A DNA stretch of 50,078 nucleotides from Bacteroidales bacterium (GCA_017538085.1 JAFYJP010000022.1:1-50078), one strand, 5' to 3'; counted from the first letter of the stretch, positions 1-8,832 are shown. The notes: a model not told the origin generated them from the letters alone. Translations and numbers: made by a program.

Positions 1-1182
1 CACAAGGCTTATCTGGTAACCGTCTTTCTCTATCATACGTTCATCATTGTTCGTCACAATGACAAGGTTGCTGCATTTCAACTCTCCGGCACACTCAACC
101 AAACTGTCAACCTCGCGTTTCTCGGTTTTGGGGCTGCTTATGTCGTAACAAACCTGAACCAGTCTCTCAATATGTGTTCCCCTTCGTAGGACGAAATCGA
201 CCTCCTTGTCATTACGCGAACGATAATAAAACATCGTCTTATCGGTATCATAGCCACGACGTATGAGTTCGATGAACACTTGGTTTTCAAGCAAACGCCC
301 AAGATTATCGCTCAATGCGAAAGCCTTGGCCGCCACAAAGCCATTATCTACCACATAGACCTTTCGCGGGGCCTTCTTCATCAGTTTCAGTTTGTTATTG
401 TAACGGGGCAAATAATAAAACAAGTATGGCTCGTGCAGATAGTCCATGAACTTCTTGGTGGTATTGACGCTCGAGAAGCCCAGCTCCTCCGTCAATTCAT
501 TGGCACTGACAGGATTACAAAAATTGGAGACAAGATACATGGCGAGATTGTTCAAGTCTGTTACATTACGTACATGATGCCGTTTAGCCACATCCTTCCA
601 CACAATGGAGTCAAACAACGTATCGAGATAACTACGCGTCAATTGACGTGTAGCCACCACCTCCGGATAGCCGCCATTCCTCATATAATCATCCGTCAAA
701 ACTGCAGCTTCAGTTTCCTGTTCTGGCTCAAGTTTGTGGAGGTCGAGTTTATGCCAGTCGAAAAACTCCTCCAGACTGAACGGCAGCATCTCCACCTGAA
801 GATACTTGCCTGTCAGCACCGTAGCCATCTCGCTGCTGAGCATTTTGGCGTTGCTACCCGTGATGACAAGGTTCTTGCCCATCCTGTAAAGTTCACTGAC
901 CCACAAATCCCATGCATCAAGGTTCTGCACCTCGTCAAGCAGGATATATTCATAATCTGGATAGACGTCATCCAGCATCCGCATGATCAGGTTCGCATCC
1001 CAAGCATCTAACAACGGCTGACTGTCGAAGTTTAAATAGGCAAAGTTCTTGTTGCGCAACATCAGTAGAGCCTGAGTGGATTTGCCCACACGCCGAGGCC
1101 CAGTAATTAATTTGATGAGGTTGCTGCCCAGCAATAAGTCTGTATCTTGATTGCCTCGTCGCGTCAAATAAGGACGTGACAT
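1..1182 (-). CDS. AAA-type ATPase with C-terminal DUF4143-like domain (3' end runs off the window; 394 codons visible)
   Basis: My own minus-strand translation from the ATG at 1182 gives MSRPYLTRRGNQDTDLLLGSNLIKLITGPRRVGKST (Walker A) and YILLDEVQ (Walker B). The C-terminal part reads MFYYRSRNDKEVDFVLRRG..RLVQVCYD, typical of DUF4143 tails. The frame stays open to position 1. It is missing from the ORF track because no stop lies in the window. Confidence 0.8.
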   Translation of the reverse strand, partial: MSRPYLTRRGNQDTDLLLGSNLIKLITGPRRVGKSTQALLMLRNKNFAYLNFDSQPLLDAWDANLIMRMLDDVYPDYEYILLDEVQNLDAWDLWVSELYRMGKNLVITGSNAKMLSSEMATVLTGKYLQVEMLPFSLEEFFDWHKLDLHKLEPEQETEAAVLTDDYMRNGGYPEVVATRQLTRSYLDTLFDSIVWKDVAKRHHVRNVTDLNNLAMYLVSNFCNPVSANELTEELGFSSVNTTKKFMDYLHEPYLFYYLPRYNNKLKLMKKAPRKVYVVDNGFVAAKAFALSDNLGRLLENQVFIELIRRGYDTDKTMFYYRSRNDKEVDFVLRRGTHIERLVQVCYDISSPKTEKREVDSLVECAGELKCSNLVIVTNNDERMIEKDGYQISLV

Positions 1183-1250
1183 CAGATTGTCGCGTTCTTT
1201 TTTTTGGTTGAGTATAACCGTCTTCATCTTCTATTTCTTTATTGTGTCGG

Positions 1251-1258
1251 CAAAGATA
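1251..1258 (-). promoter_or_regulatory. Bacteroidota -7 box candidate (TATCTTTG on the minus strand) for the 1-1182 ATPase
   Basis: Plus-strand CAAAGATA is the reverse complement of TAnnTTTG. It lies 69 nt upstream of the ATG at 1182. Confidence 0.4.
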
Positions 1259-1280
1259 CTTTTTTTTTCAATCCATAAAG

Positions 1281-1317
1281 CTTATTGCATAAAAAATATG
1301 CTTTTTTATGCAATAAG
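1281..1317. repeat. Perfect 16-bp inverted repeat with a 5-nt spacer
   Basis: cttattgcataaaaaa / tatgc / ttttttatgcaataag. The arms are exact reverse complements. It lies between the stop of the 1396-2694 gene and the promoter of the 1-1182 gene. Confidence 0.9.
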
Positions 1318-1395
1318 GATTATTTATGGTGTAAAACAAGGCAACATCATTGTCATCCTTAGAGTCCTCAATCCATGTCGGGCGCAACTTATATT

Positions 1396-2694
1396 TTAAT
1401 GTTTCAAACAACCTATCGGAACAACTAAAACACCGTCCTCGCGGCGGTAAGCGTATCTGCCGATTCCTACAACAACCATCATAAATGACGGAGCATACAT
1501 TTTGTCAGTGTCAATCTTTTTCGCCAAAGAGCGGAGGTTGGCCGCTCCTTCTTTGATCAAGGACTCACCGCCCAGTTTGATTTCAACCAGACCGTAATGG
1601 CCGTTGCGAAGATGCAGCACGCTGTCGCATTCCAGCCCGTTATTGTCACGGTAATGGAAAACATTGCCGTCAAGAGCTTCGGCATAGACACGCAAATCAC
1701 GGACCACCAGGGTCTCAAAGAGCAATCCCAACGTGTTGAGGTCTTTCATCAGGTCATTGGGTCCCAAGCCAAGCGACGCTGTTGCAATACTCGGATCCAC
1801 AAAATAGCGCGTGTCGGTAGTGCGTATGGCAGCCTTCGAGCGCAGGTTAGGGTTCCATGCCTCCATGTCCTCAATCACGAAAATCTTGCGCAAGGCATTC
1901 AAATAGGAGGTAATGGTGGCATCATTCAAGGTGTTGCCGTCATTGGTTTTCAAGTCGGCGGCGATAGTGCCGTTGGTGGCTTGCGAGGCCTGATGACGGG
2001 CGTAACTGCGCAACAGTCGGCGCGTGTTGGCCTCACTGCGATGGACCTTGTCCACCTCAACAATCTCCCGTTTGGCCACCGCATCCACATAGTTGAACGC
2101 CTGTCGGAGTGCCGCACGTTCCGACTTGCCAATGGCTTTCGGCCATCCGCCACGACATATTAGATAGCACAACGCCCGCAAATTCAACTCGTTCCCTTCG
2201 GCAGGTTTAAAACGGTTGTCAAACAAGGCACCAAGCGAAATACTTCCGTTTGACTCGCCCGACTCAAACAGCGTCATGGGACGCATCTTCACCCAACCCA
2301 CACGGCCCGTTCCCGTATGGCTCATTTTGCTTTGGTCAACTGGTTCGGCACTCCCGGTCAAGATGAACTGTCCGTCAGCATCCCGTCTATCCACCACATA
2401 GCGGCAGGCATCCCAAAATTGCGGCGCCTTTTGCCACTCATCAATCAGTCGTGGGGGTTTGCCTTCCAGCAGTACTTCGATATCCGATTCCGCCAAACGC
2501 TGATATTCCTCTTTTCGTCTCGGCTCATCCATAAACAAAACGCTTTTTGCCTGTTGAAGCGCCGTGGTGGTCTTCCCACACCACTTTGCACCTTCTACCA
2601 GCACCACACCAGCTGCTTCCAATTGCAATTCCAACAACTCATCAGCAATACGTCTCAAATATACTTTTTCTTCTTCCATTATTTTCATCAACAA
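1396..2694 (-). CDS. AAA-type ATPase with C-terminal DUF4143 / PD-(D/E)XK-like domain
   Basis: 432 aa. Walker A is GAKWCGKTT and Walker B is RLIDEWQ. The C-terminal FHYRDNNGLECDSVLHL..GLVEIKLG gives a D..ExK nuclease-fold signature. Confidence 0.85.
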   Translation of the reverse strand: MLMKIMEEEKVYLRRIADELLELQLEAAGVVLVEGAKWCGKTTTALQQAKSVLFMDEPRRKEEYQRLAESDIEVLLEGKPPRLIDEWQKAPQFWDACRYVVDRRDADGQFILTGSAEPVDQSKMSHTGTGRVGWVKMRPMTLFESGESNGSISLGALFDNRFKPAEGNELNLRALCYLICRGGWPKAIGKSERAALRQAFNYVDAVAKREIVEVDKVHRSEANTRRLLRSYARHQASQATNGTIAADLKTNDGNTLNDATITSYLNALRKIFVIEDMEAWNPNLRSKAAIRTTDTRYFVDPSIATASLGLGPNDLMKDLNTLGLLFETLVVRDLRVYAEALDGNVFHYRDNNGLECDSVLHLRNGHYGLVEIKLGGESLIKEGAANLRSLAKKIDTDKMYAPSFMMVVVGIGRYAYRREDGVLVVPIGCLKH

Positions 2695-2703
2695 TAATCA
2701 TTG

Positions 2704-2711
2704 CAAAAATA
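2704..2711 (-). promoter_or_regulatory. -7 box candidate (TATTTTTG on the minus strand) for the 1396-2694 ATPase
   Basis: Plus-strand CAAAAATA lies only 10 nt upstream of the ATG at 2694, which implies a very short leader. Confidence 0.3.
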
Positions 2712-2719
2712 CAATAATT

Positions 2720-2734
2720 ATTTGAATTTCAAAT
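2720..2734. promoter_or_regulatory. 15-bp palindrome (operator-like) next to the -7 box
   Basis: atttgaa-t-ttcaaat has 7-bp perfect arms. It lies about 26-40 nt upstream of the ATG at 2694. Confidence 0.5.
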
Positions 2735-2753
2735 AAAAAATAGAAGAATCATT

Positions 2754-2822
2754 AAGGAGTTTGGAGATATTTAGATAAGGAGTTTAGAGATTATTTGATA
2801 ATGAATTTGGAGATTATTCGAT
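2754..2822. repeat. Three head-to-tail imperfect 23-bp direct repeats
   Basis: aaggagtttggagatatttagat / aaggagtttagagattatttgat / aatgaatttggagattattcgat. Neighbouring copies share about 19/23 positions. A degenerate fourth unit may follow at 2823. Confidence 0.85.
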
Positions 2823-2859
2823 AATGCAATTTATACCTCATTCAAATATAGACCAGACC

Positions 2860-4458
2860 TCACATCCCCCATACCACAATCGTGCGGCCTTCATATTCGT
2901 AAGGCTTATGCCAGATGCGCTCGTCCCATGTCTTCTCTTGGGTGCGGTCAAAGATGATGAGATGGCCTTCATCGACGGAACCAACCGTGTCCATGTAGCC
3001 GACCGTCTGTTCCAAACCTTTCTCGATTACCTTGTCAAGGTCGCCCCGCTTGATTTTCAATTCCAACACCACCCGTTGCACAGGGCCGCCGTAATGGTCG
3101 GTCAAAGGTTTTCGAATGAGCAGGTCGGTGCGTTTGCGCCCCAAGCCATATTCACGGTCTATATAGCCTCCGCCGTTCACCACTCGCTGCAGGAAAGCCT
3201 GCAACAGCAGTTGCGGTCCGGCCTCAGCATAGTCGAATTTGCCAATCCAGGCATCCGCATTCTGGCGGAAGAACTGCTGGAAGTCGAGCAGCAGTTTCTC
3301 CACGTTGATGCTGTGGTCAGGATTCTCATACCATAACGGATCCTGCGTAAGAGCGTCTTGTGTACTCCATGTCAGCTCACGTGGGATAATTTCCCGATAG
3401 ATGCCGTTAGCAATTCTACGAGGTTTGCCTTTCTCTCGTTTAATTAATCCCATGTCTTCCACATATTGTATGTCATCCGTTGGAATCAAGGCATCGTCCA
3501 CCTCATCATCATTAGCCAGCATCGGTTCAATAACTCGCCGCACGCGAGGCTCTTCCAGTTTGTCAATCAGGATGTCAATGTGCGTGTCTCTACGATAAAT
3601 GATGTTCTCGATAGCCTGGTCAATCATTTCAGGGATGATACGGACGCTGCGGTCGCGGTTCCCCTTCATCTTGTAGGTCACCTCGCGTCCAAGGGCGTTC
3701 ACCAACCACGGCTGCCCTTCGGTGGCGTCCCATACCATCGGGAAACAAACCTCATCAAACACTTGGCCCGTCTCACGAGTATGCTGCATATAAAGCTCAT
3801 GGATTTCCTCTTTTGAGAAATTGCCTAAGCGCAACGACTCTGTCTTAATGTTGAATGCAGACCCACCCGTGATGATGTCCTGGTTAGAGAGCACGATGCG
3901 GTAGTCACGCACATCGCGAACACCACAGAGGATTATGCTCTGGGGGAATGCGGCAGGACGATCCGTGTATCCAGAACGAATCTGGCGGAGAATGCTGACC
4001 AAGCTGTCGCCCACAAGTGCGTCAATCTCGTCAATGATTAGAACGATAGGCTTTGGGAGCCGCTCTGAAAGATAGTGCAGATAAGTAGCCAACATCGAAT
4101 CTTTACCCTCCTGCTGAACTTCATCGCGGATTTGCAAAGGTAAGTCACTTTTCATCACACTTCTGAATTGAACCGCCAGCGTGTCAACGGTCGATTTTAC
4201 CACGCTTTGTGCATCGTTTCGCGAGGCTTGTCCCCCCTCTACATTTGCATAGACGGCGATATAGTCACCCTCTTGGTTCAAGTAATCGCGAAGGGCGAGC
4301 ATACAAGTGGTCTTACCCGTCTGTCGGGGCGCGTGCAGCACGAAATAACGCTTTTGGCGGATCATCAGCAGAATATCCTCCAAGTCGAACCGGCTCAGCG
4401 GGTCGATGGTATAGCTGTCGGGGGTCTGCGGTCCGGCGGTGTTGAAGAATCTTTCCAT
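2860..4458 (-). CDS. AAA-like ATPase (FNTAGP-type N-terminus) with C-terminal PD-(D/E)XK-like module
   Basis: 532 aa. MERFFNTAGPQTP...YFVLHAPRQTGKTT is Walker A and VLIIDEIDA is Walker B. The C-terminal GRKRTDLLIRKP...VVLELKIKRG gives D..ExK. Confidence 0.8.
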   Translation of the reverse strand: MERFFNTAGPQTPDSYTIDPLSRFDLEDILLMIRQKRYFVLHAPRQTGKTTCMLALRDYLNQEGDYIAVYANVEGGQASRNDAQSVVKSTVDTLAVQFRSVMKSDLPLQIRDEVQQEGKDSMLATYLHYLSERLPKPIVLIIDEIDALVGDSLVSILRQIRSGYTDRPAAFPQSIILCGVRDVRDYRIVLSNQDIITGGSAFNIKTESLRLGNFSKEEIHELYMQHTRETGQVFDEVCFPMVWDATEGQPWLVNALGREVTYKMKGNRDRSVRIIPEMIDQAIENIIYRRDTHIDILIDKLEEPRVRRVIEPMLANDDEVDDALIPTDDIQYVEDMGLIKREKGKPRRIANGIYREIIPRELTWSTQDALTQDPLWYENPDHSINVEKLLLDFQQFFRQNADAWIGKFDYAEAGPQLLLQAFLQRVVNGGGYIDREYGLGRKRTDLLIRKPLTDHYGGPVQRVVLELKIKRGDLDKVIEKGLEQTVGYMDTVGSVDEGHLIIFDRTQEKTWDERIWHKPYEYEGRTIVVWGM

Positions 4459-4475
4459 CCGTAATTATTTTTTCG

Positions 4476-4483
4476 CAAAGATA
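4476..4483 (-). promoter_or_regulatory. -7 box candidate (TATCTTTG on the minus strand) for the 2860-4458 ATPase
   Basis: Plus-strand CAAAGATA lies 18 nt upstream of the ATG at 4458. Confidence 0.45.
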
Positions 4484-4522
4484 AACTATTTACTTGTTTA
4501 ATCCAATAGCTGCGACAATAAT

Positions 4523-6262
4523 TTAAAACTGGAAATAGACAAACGGCTGCACCTCCGCTGTGATGAACTGATACACCAAAAACACCGCCAATATTACAAC
4601 CAAAACCATCACCCACATCGGCAACATGGCGAAATTCAAGCGATACCAACGTTTCCACCTCTCAGGCAACCAATGGATTATCATCCCTGCCACAAACAAT
4701 ATGAACACAAAACGATGCACATACAGTATCTGCGGTATCTGCTCAAAATGCCACTGGCCACCTATCATCGAAACCATCTCCTTCGCGGTGCGCCACGCAT
4801 GCACACTCTCCTCTGCCGGACTCAGATTTGAACTGCTCCTGAAAAATAATCTCGTGAACGATATAAATATGAACGTCAAAAACACATTCCACGCTCTTGA
4901 CATCCATGACGCCACTTTACCAATATTGTTTGAATGCATATCTCCAACAAACACACGATAAATCGTCCCTATGAACGTACCGGTAAATATAATCCCCGAC
5001 CATACAATTCCTATCCTGAAAAGGGGCAAATCATACAAATAGTCCAACATCAGCATTATGGCAAACAACAATAACGTTGCCATGGTCTTAATGCCATCAG
5101 TTATGAAACGCCAACGCTTATAAATTAAAATGCCGACGCCATTCAATCCGCCCCAAATGACGAAATTCCAACTCGCCCCATGCCAAAGACCTCCCAACAG
5201 CATGGTTATCATGAGGTTAATTTTGGTCCTGACATTGCCTTTTCTGTTGCCGCCGAGCGGAATATATAGATAATCCTTCAACCACGAGGACAATGAAATG
5301 TGCCATCTTTTCCAGAATTCACCGGGGTTGGTTGACTTATAAGGTGAATCGAAATTCTTCGGCAGATAAAACCCCATCAGCATCGCCATACCGGTAGCCA
5401 TGTCAGTGTATCCGGAAAAGTCGGCATACACTTGCAACGAATAGACAAACAACGACATGAGGTTCTCAAAACCGGTAAAAAACAGCGGATTGGCAAACAC
5501 CCTGTTCACATAGTTGACAGCAATATAATCGCTGAGGATTATCTTCTTCAGCAGACCGTTGAGAATCCAGAAAATGGCAATGCCGAACTGTTTCCGCGAC
5601 AGGAAATATTTCTTGTGTATCTGCGGAATAAACTGTTCTGCTCTGACAATAGGCCCCGACACAAGTTGCGGAAAAAACGTCAGGTAAAAACCAAAGTCAA
5701 AAATGTTGCCGACATGATGAATCTTATTCTTGTAAACGTCAACTATGTAGCTGATATTCTGAAAAGTGAAAAAGGAAATACCAACTGGCAGGAGTATCTT
5801 GCTGCAATCGAAATAATCCCTGCCGACGAACTCGTTGGTCCATTTGGCAAGATAATTCACAACTTCCACATTGCAGTGAAACAGCGAGTTATACACATCG
5901 GTGAAGAAATACGCATATTTGAAATATACCAGAACTGACAGATTCAGCACCACACCAAGTATCATATAGAACTTACGCCACCCGCGACTCTCCAGACGGT
6001 CAATGCGCCGCGCTATGAAATAGCCGTAAAGCACCGTAAATACAAGCATCAGCACAAAAAGTCCAGATGTCTTGTAGTAAAAGAAAAGGCTTACAAAAAA
6101 CAAATAAGCATTTCGCAGCAATATCTTGTTTCGCAGCAGACTGAAAATGGCAAACACAATCGCAAAGAACGCCCAGAAATAAAATTGGGTGAAAAGCAAC
6201 GGATATTTGCTGTCGAAAGAGAACAATGTCTCGAAAAATATTTTCAAATTCTGCAATAACAC
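4523..6262 (-). CDS. MBOAT-family membrane O-acyltransferase (AlgI/PatA/DltB-like)
   Basis: 579 aa and polytopic. It has the MBOAT histidine context FWKRWHISLSSWLKDYLYIPLGGNRKG. Confidence 0.85.
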   Translation of the reverse strand: MLLQNLKIFFETLFSFDSKYPLLFTQFYFWAFFAIVFAIFSLLRNKILLRNAYLFFVSLFFYYKTSGLFVLMLVFTVLYGYFIARRIDRLESRGWRKFYMILGVVLNLSVLVYFKYAYFFTDVYNSLFHCNVEVVNYLAKWTNEFVGRDYFDCSKILLPVGISFFTFQNISYIVDVYKNKIHHVGNIFDFGFYLTFFPQLVSGPIVRAEQFIPQIHKKYFLSRKQFGIAIFWILNGLLKKIILSDYIAVNYVNRVFANPLFFTGFENLMSLFVYSLQVYADFSGYTDMATGMAMLMGFYLPKNFDSPYKSTNPGEFWKRWHISLSSWLKDYLYIPLGGNRKGNVRTKINLMITMLLGGLWHGASWNFVIWGGLNGVGILIYKRWRFITDGIKTMATLLLFAIMLMLDYLYDLPLFRIGIVWSGIIFTGTFIGTIYRVFVGDMHSNNIGKVASWMSRAWNVFLTFIFISFTRLFFRSSSNLSPAEESVHAWRTAKEMVSMIGGQWHFEQIPQILYVHRFVFILFVAGMIIHWLPERWKRWYRLNFAMLPMWVMVLVVILAVFLVYQFITAEVQPFVYFQF

Positions 6263-6274
6263 TTTGTATATCTG

Positions 6275-7801
6275 TTATTTGTTAGTTAAGATGCTGTCAG
6301 TTTGAAAGTGGCTTCGGGAAGACAAGGTATCTCTGTTGAAATCGCAATGTTTTCGTGACGAATACAATTCGTAAAGTATTGAAAATGAATTTATAATGGC
6401 TTTGCCGACTTTTTCTGCCCCGGCATTGGTGAAATGAATGTAATCTTCTCCGGCAAGCCCGGCTTTAACCCATTTCACCATGGAATTTCTTCCACCCATC
6501 ATCCTGTACATATCCCAATATGCCACACCGTTGGAAACCAACGTATTGCGCAGACAATCGATGGCAAACGGCAACAACGGATATGTCACCATTTCACCTC
6601 CGTCATTCTTTGACATGTCTGCAGGTCCGACAAACAGAATCTGACACTGAGGATTTATGCTCTGAACATACTGTATCTGTCGCAACATATTGCTGACGAA
6701 TGCTCTGACTGAAACTGTGTCACAAAATAACGGGACCGAATTACCGCCGAATTGCATGATTATCAGTCCGACATTGGCTATCAGATAGGAATCGCGCAAC
6801 TGCTTGCGGTCGATAATAGTGTAAACCATCCCAGACGAACCCCTCATTGGAATGTTGTCAACACTTACCCCATAACCGCCGTCAAGCATGATTCCGTATA
6901 TGTCAGCCTCACCTTTGAGAGTGAGTGTCATGGAATTAATCGGATAACCTATATTCCACTCAAACATATCAAGTCCTGTCGTGTCCGAAATAATTATCTC
7001 GGAATAACCTTCATCGTCATTCGACAATGTCGCGGTGAAATTGCCATTGCAATCGTTGAAAAGCAGTTTCACATCTGAAAAACACCTGACATGCTTATTG
7101 GGATTGGCCTCATTGCCGAGTGCTGTAAAAGTCACAGAATCAGTAATATGAAATCTTTTACCCATGATACCGTAGTTGTGTAAGGCATCGTGTTTGCCTT
7201 CACCGTAGGCAACATATTTGGTAAAATCACCTGCAACACTTTGGGTTACCGAGTATGTCGGAACAGTCTGTGACAACGGCAGGAGTCCCGGTCCCATGCC
7301 GCCGAACAGTTCCTGAAAATATTCGCGAAGGACACAGCTTATTCTGTCAAGTTCTATCTGTGAATCACCGTAGTGAAGCACTCTTACAGTCCTTCCTTTA
7401 GTCTTGGCTTTTTCGGCTGAAGCAAAGAATTTGTCGAAATAATTCAACTGATTTTCAGGCAGATAAAGATAACTGTCGTTTAATTTCAGTTGATGCTCGA
7501 AACATTTCATAGAATCGGTAACAGACTGCAGTTCTGCACTGTCGGCAGTCTGCATGTTTGAATCATTGAAAGCGGCCATAGAGGCACTGTCTTCCCACAT
7601 TTCGTAAAGTATCCCGGCATCATCTGTTTCCTGGAAAGTGTCAAAACTGGTTTTATCATGTCCCGTCAACACTTTTTCCAACGATGGAAAACGCAGTGTA
7701 ACATTAAAACAATGTACGCCTTCTTGCGGGAAGAAGGCGCACATTGCAGCCAGTAACAATATTACTGTAAAAATAAATAATACTATACGACCGACTTTCA
7801 T
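6275..7801 (-). CDS. Membrane-anchored SGNH/GDSL-type hydrolase or acyltransferase, partner of the MBOAT
   Basis: 508 aa with an N-terminal TM helix (IVLFIFTVILLLAAMCAFF). SGNH blocks are HYGDSQIE (block I), QFGGNS (block II/III) and GEDYIHFT (block V, DxxH). The stop of this gene is 12 nt from the MBOAT start. Confidence 0.7.
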   Translation of the reverse strand: MKVGRIVLFIFTVILLLAAMCAFFPQEGVHCFNVTLRFPSLEKVLTGHDKTSFDTFQETDDAGILYEMWEDSASMAAFNDSNMQTADSAELQSVTDSMKCFEHQLKLNDSYLYLPENQLNYFDKFFASAEKAKTKGRTVRVLHYGDSQIELDRISCVLREYFQELFGGMGPGLLPLSQTVPTYSVTQSVAGDFTKYVAYGEGKHDALHNYGIMGKRFHITDSVTFTALGNEANPNKHVRCFSDVKLLFNDCNGNFTATLSNDDEGYSEIIISDTTGLDMFEWNIGYPINSMTLTLKGEADIYGIMLDGGYGVSVDNIPMRGSSGMVYTIIDRKQLRDSYLIANVGLIIMQFGGNSVPLFCDTVSVRAFVSNMLRQIQYVQSINPQCQILFVGPADMSKNDGGEMVTYPLLPFAIDCLRNTLVSNGVAYWDMYRMMGGRNSMVKWVKAGLAGEDYIHFTNAGAEKVGKAIINSFSILYELYSSRKHCDFNRDTLSSRSHFQTDSILTNK

Positions 7802-7807
7802 CGGTTG

Positions 7808-8830
7808 TTATTCAACGTCCCAAGTGTTGCCTGAATTGAGCAGGTCGTCAACACATTTGAATTTGGTCTGTGCTTTTGCTGTCTCAATCTGTTGTAGCAT
7901 CAATTCACTGTAACAAGGTTTGCTGATGTCTCTGATAACACCGACAGCCATTGGGAAATCAGGGCCTTTCATTTGAGCAATCATCAATTGGAGGCCTCTG
8001 TTGGTCTGGTGTGGATTATGGACAAGGATATCATCTATTGTGACACCGTTTTCGCCGAGTGTAACCACTTCGAGTTGGTTTGTATCCTTGTTGAGGCGGA
8101 TTCCCTTATTCATTTCTTTGCCAAAAAGCATAGGTTTTCCGTCTTGTACGTGGATTATTCTGTCGGCGCGTGTTTCCTTATCGGTATAGTAGCTATGGGC
8201 GCCGTTATTGTAAATCATGCAGTTTTGGAGCACTTCCACGAGAGCCGTGCCAGTATGTTCGGCAGCTGCGAGGAGGATTTCGTCCATAATAGGCATGGAA
8301 ATGTCGAAAGAACGGGCGAAGAAGGTGCCGCCTGCACCGATGGCGAGTTCGCCTGGATCGAACGGGTCTTCAATGGTTCCCATAGGGGATGTCTTAGTGA
8401 CTTTTCCGAAAGGGCTTGTAGGTGAATACTGACCTTTGGTAAGGCCATATATCTGGTTGTTGAAGAGTATGACCTTAATGTCCATATTACGACGGAGGCA
8501 GTGGATGAAATGGTTGCCGCCAATAGCGAGGCTGTCGCCGTCACCTGTTGTAACCCACACACTCAGATTAGGGTTTGCTATTTTTGCACCGGAAGCGATA
8601 GGCAAAGCCCTGCCGTGGATGCAGTGCATACCATACGTGTTTACGTAGTAAGGGGCTCTCGATGAGCAGCCGATACCTGAGACAACGAGTATGTCTTCCT
8701 TCTTTTTGCCGGCTTGAGGTAAAACCTTTCTTAGAGCAGCAAGGATGGCATGGTCGCCGCAGCCTGGGCACCACTTTACCATCTGGTCACTTGCGAAATC
8801 TTCTTTTGTGAGATTGAATATATTTGCCAT
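7808..8830 (-). CDS. korB: 2-oxoglutarate/2-oxoacid:ferredoxin oxidoreductase, beta (TPP-binding) subunit
   Basis: 340 aa with WCPGCGDHAIL and the TPP motif GDGDSLAIGGNHF. Confidence 0.9.
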   Translation of the reverse strand: MANIFNLTKEDFASDQMVKWCPGCGDHAILAALRKVLPQAGKKKEDILVVSGIGCSSRAPYYVNTYGMHCIHGRALPIASGAKIANPNLSVWVTTGDGDSLAIGGNHFIHCLRRNMDIKVILFNNQIYGLTKGQYSPTSPFGKVTKTSPMGTIEDPFDPGELAIGAGGTFFARSFDISMPIMDEILLAAAEHTGTALVEVLQNCMIYNNGAHSYYTDKETRADRIIHVQDGKPMLFGKEMNKGIRLNKDTNQLEVVTLGENGVTIDDILVHNPHQTNRGLQLMIAQMKGPDFPMAVGVIRDISKPCYSELMLQQIETAKAQTKFKCVDDLLNSGNTWDVE

Positions 8831-8832
8831 AG

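Noticed and set aside
280-1011. 243-aa plus-strand ORF
   Set aside because: It is antisense to a continuous minus-strand frame with clear Walker A/B and DUF4143 motifs. Its own translation has no recognisable motif and is the usual shadow of a GC3-rich gene.
1187-1399. 70-aa plus-strand ORF in the spacer between the first two ATPases
   Set aside because: It is a hydrophobic product of T-rich non-coding DNA. It spans the 37-bp inverted repeat and the minus-strand promoter. It has no upstream promoter box and no plausible start context.
2754-2822. Possible CRISPR array
   Set aside because: There are only three degenerate 23-bp units and they are directly abutting with no spacers. No cas genes are in the window.
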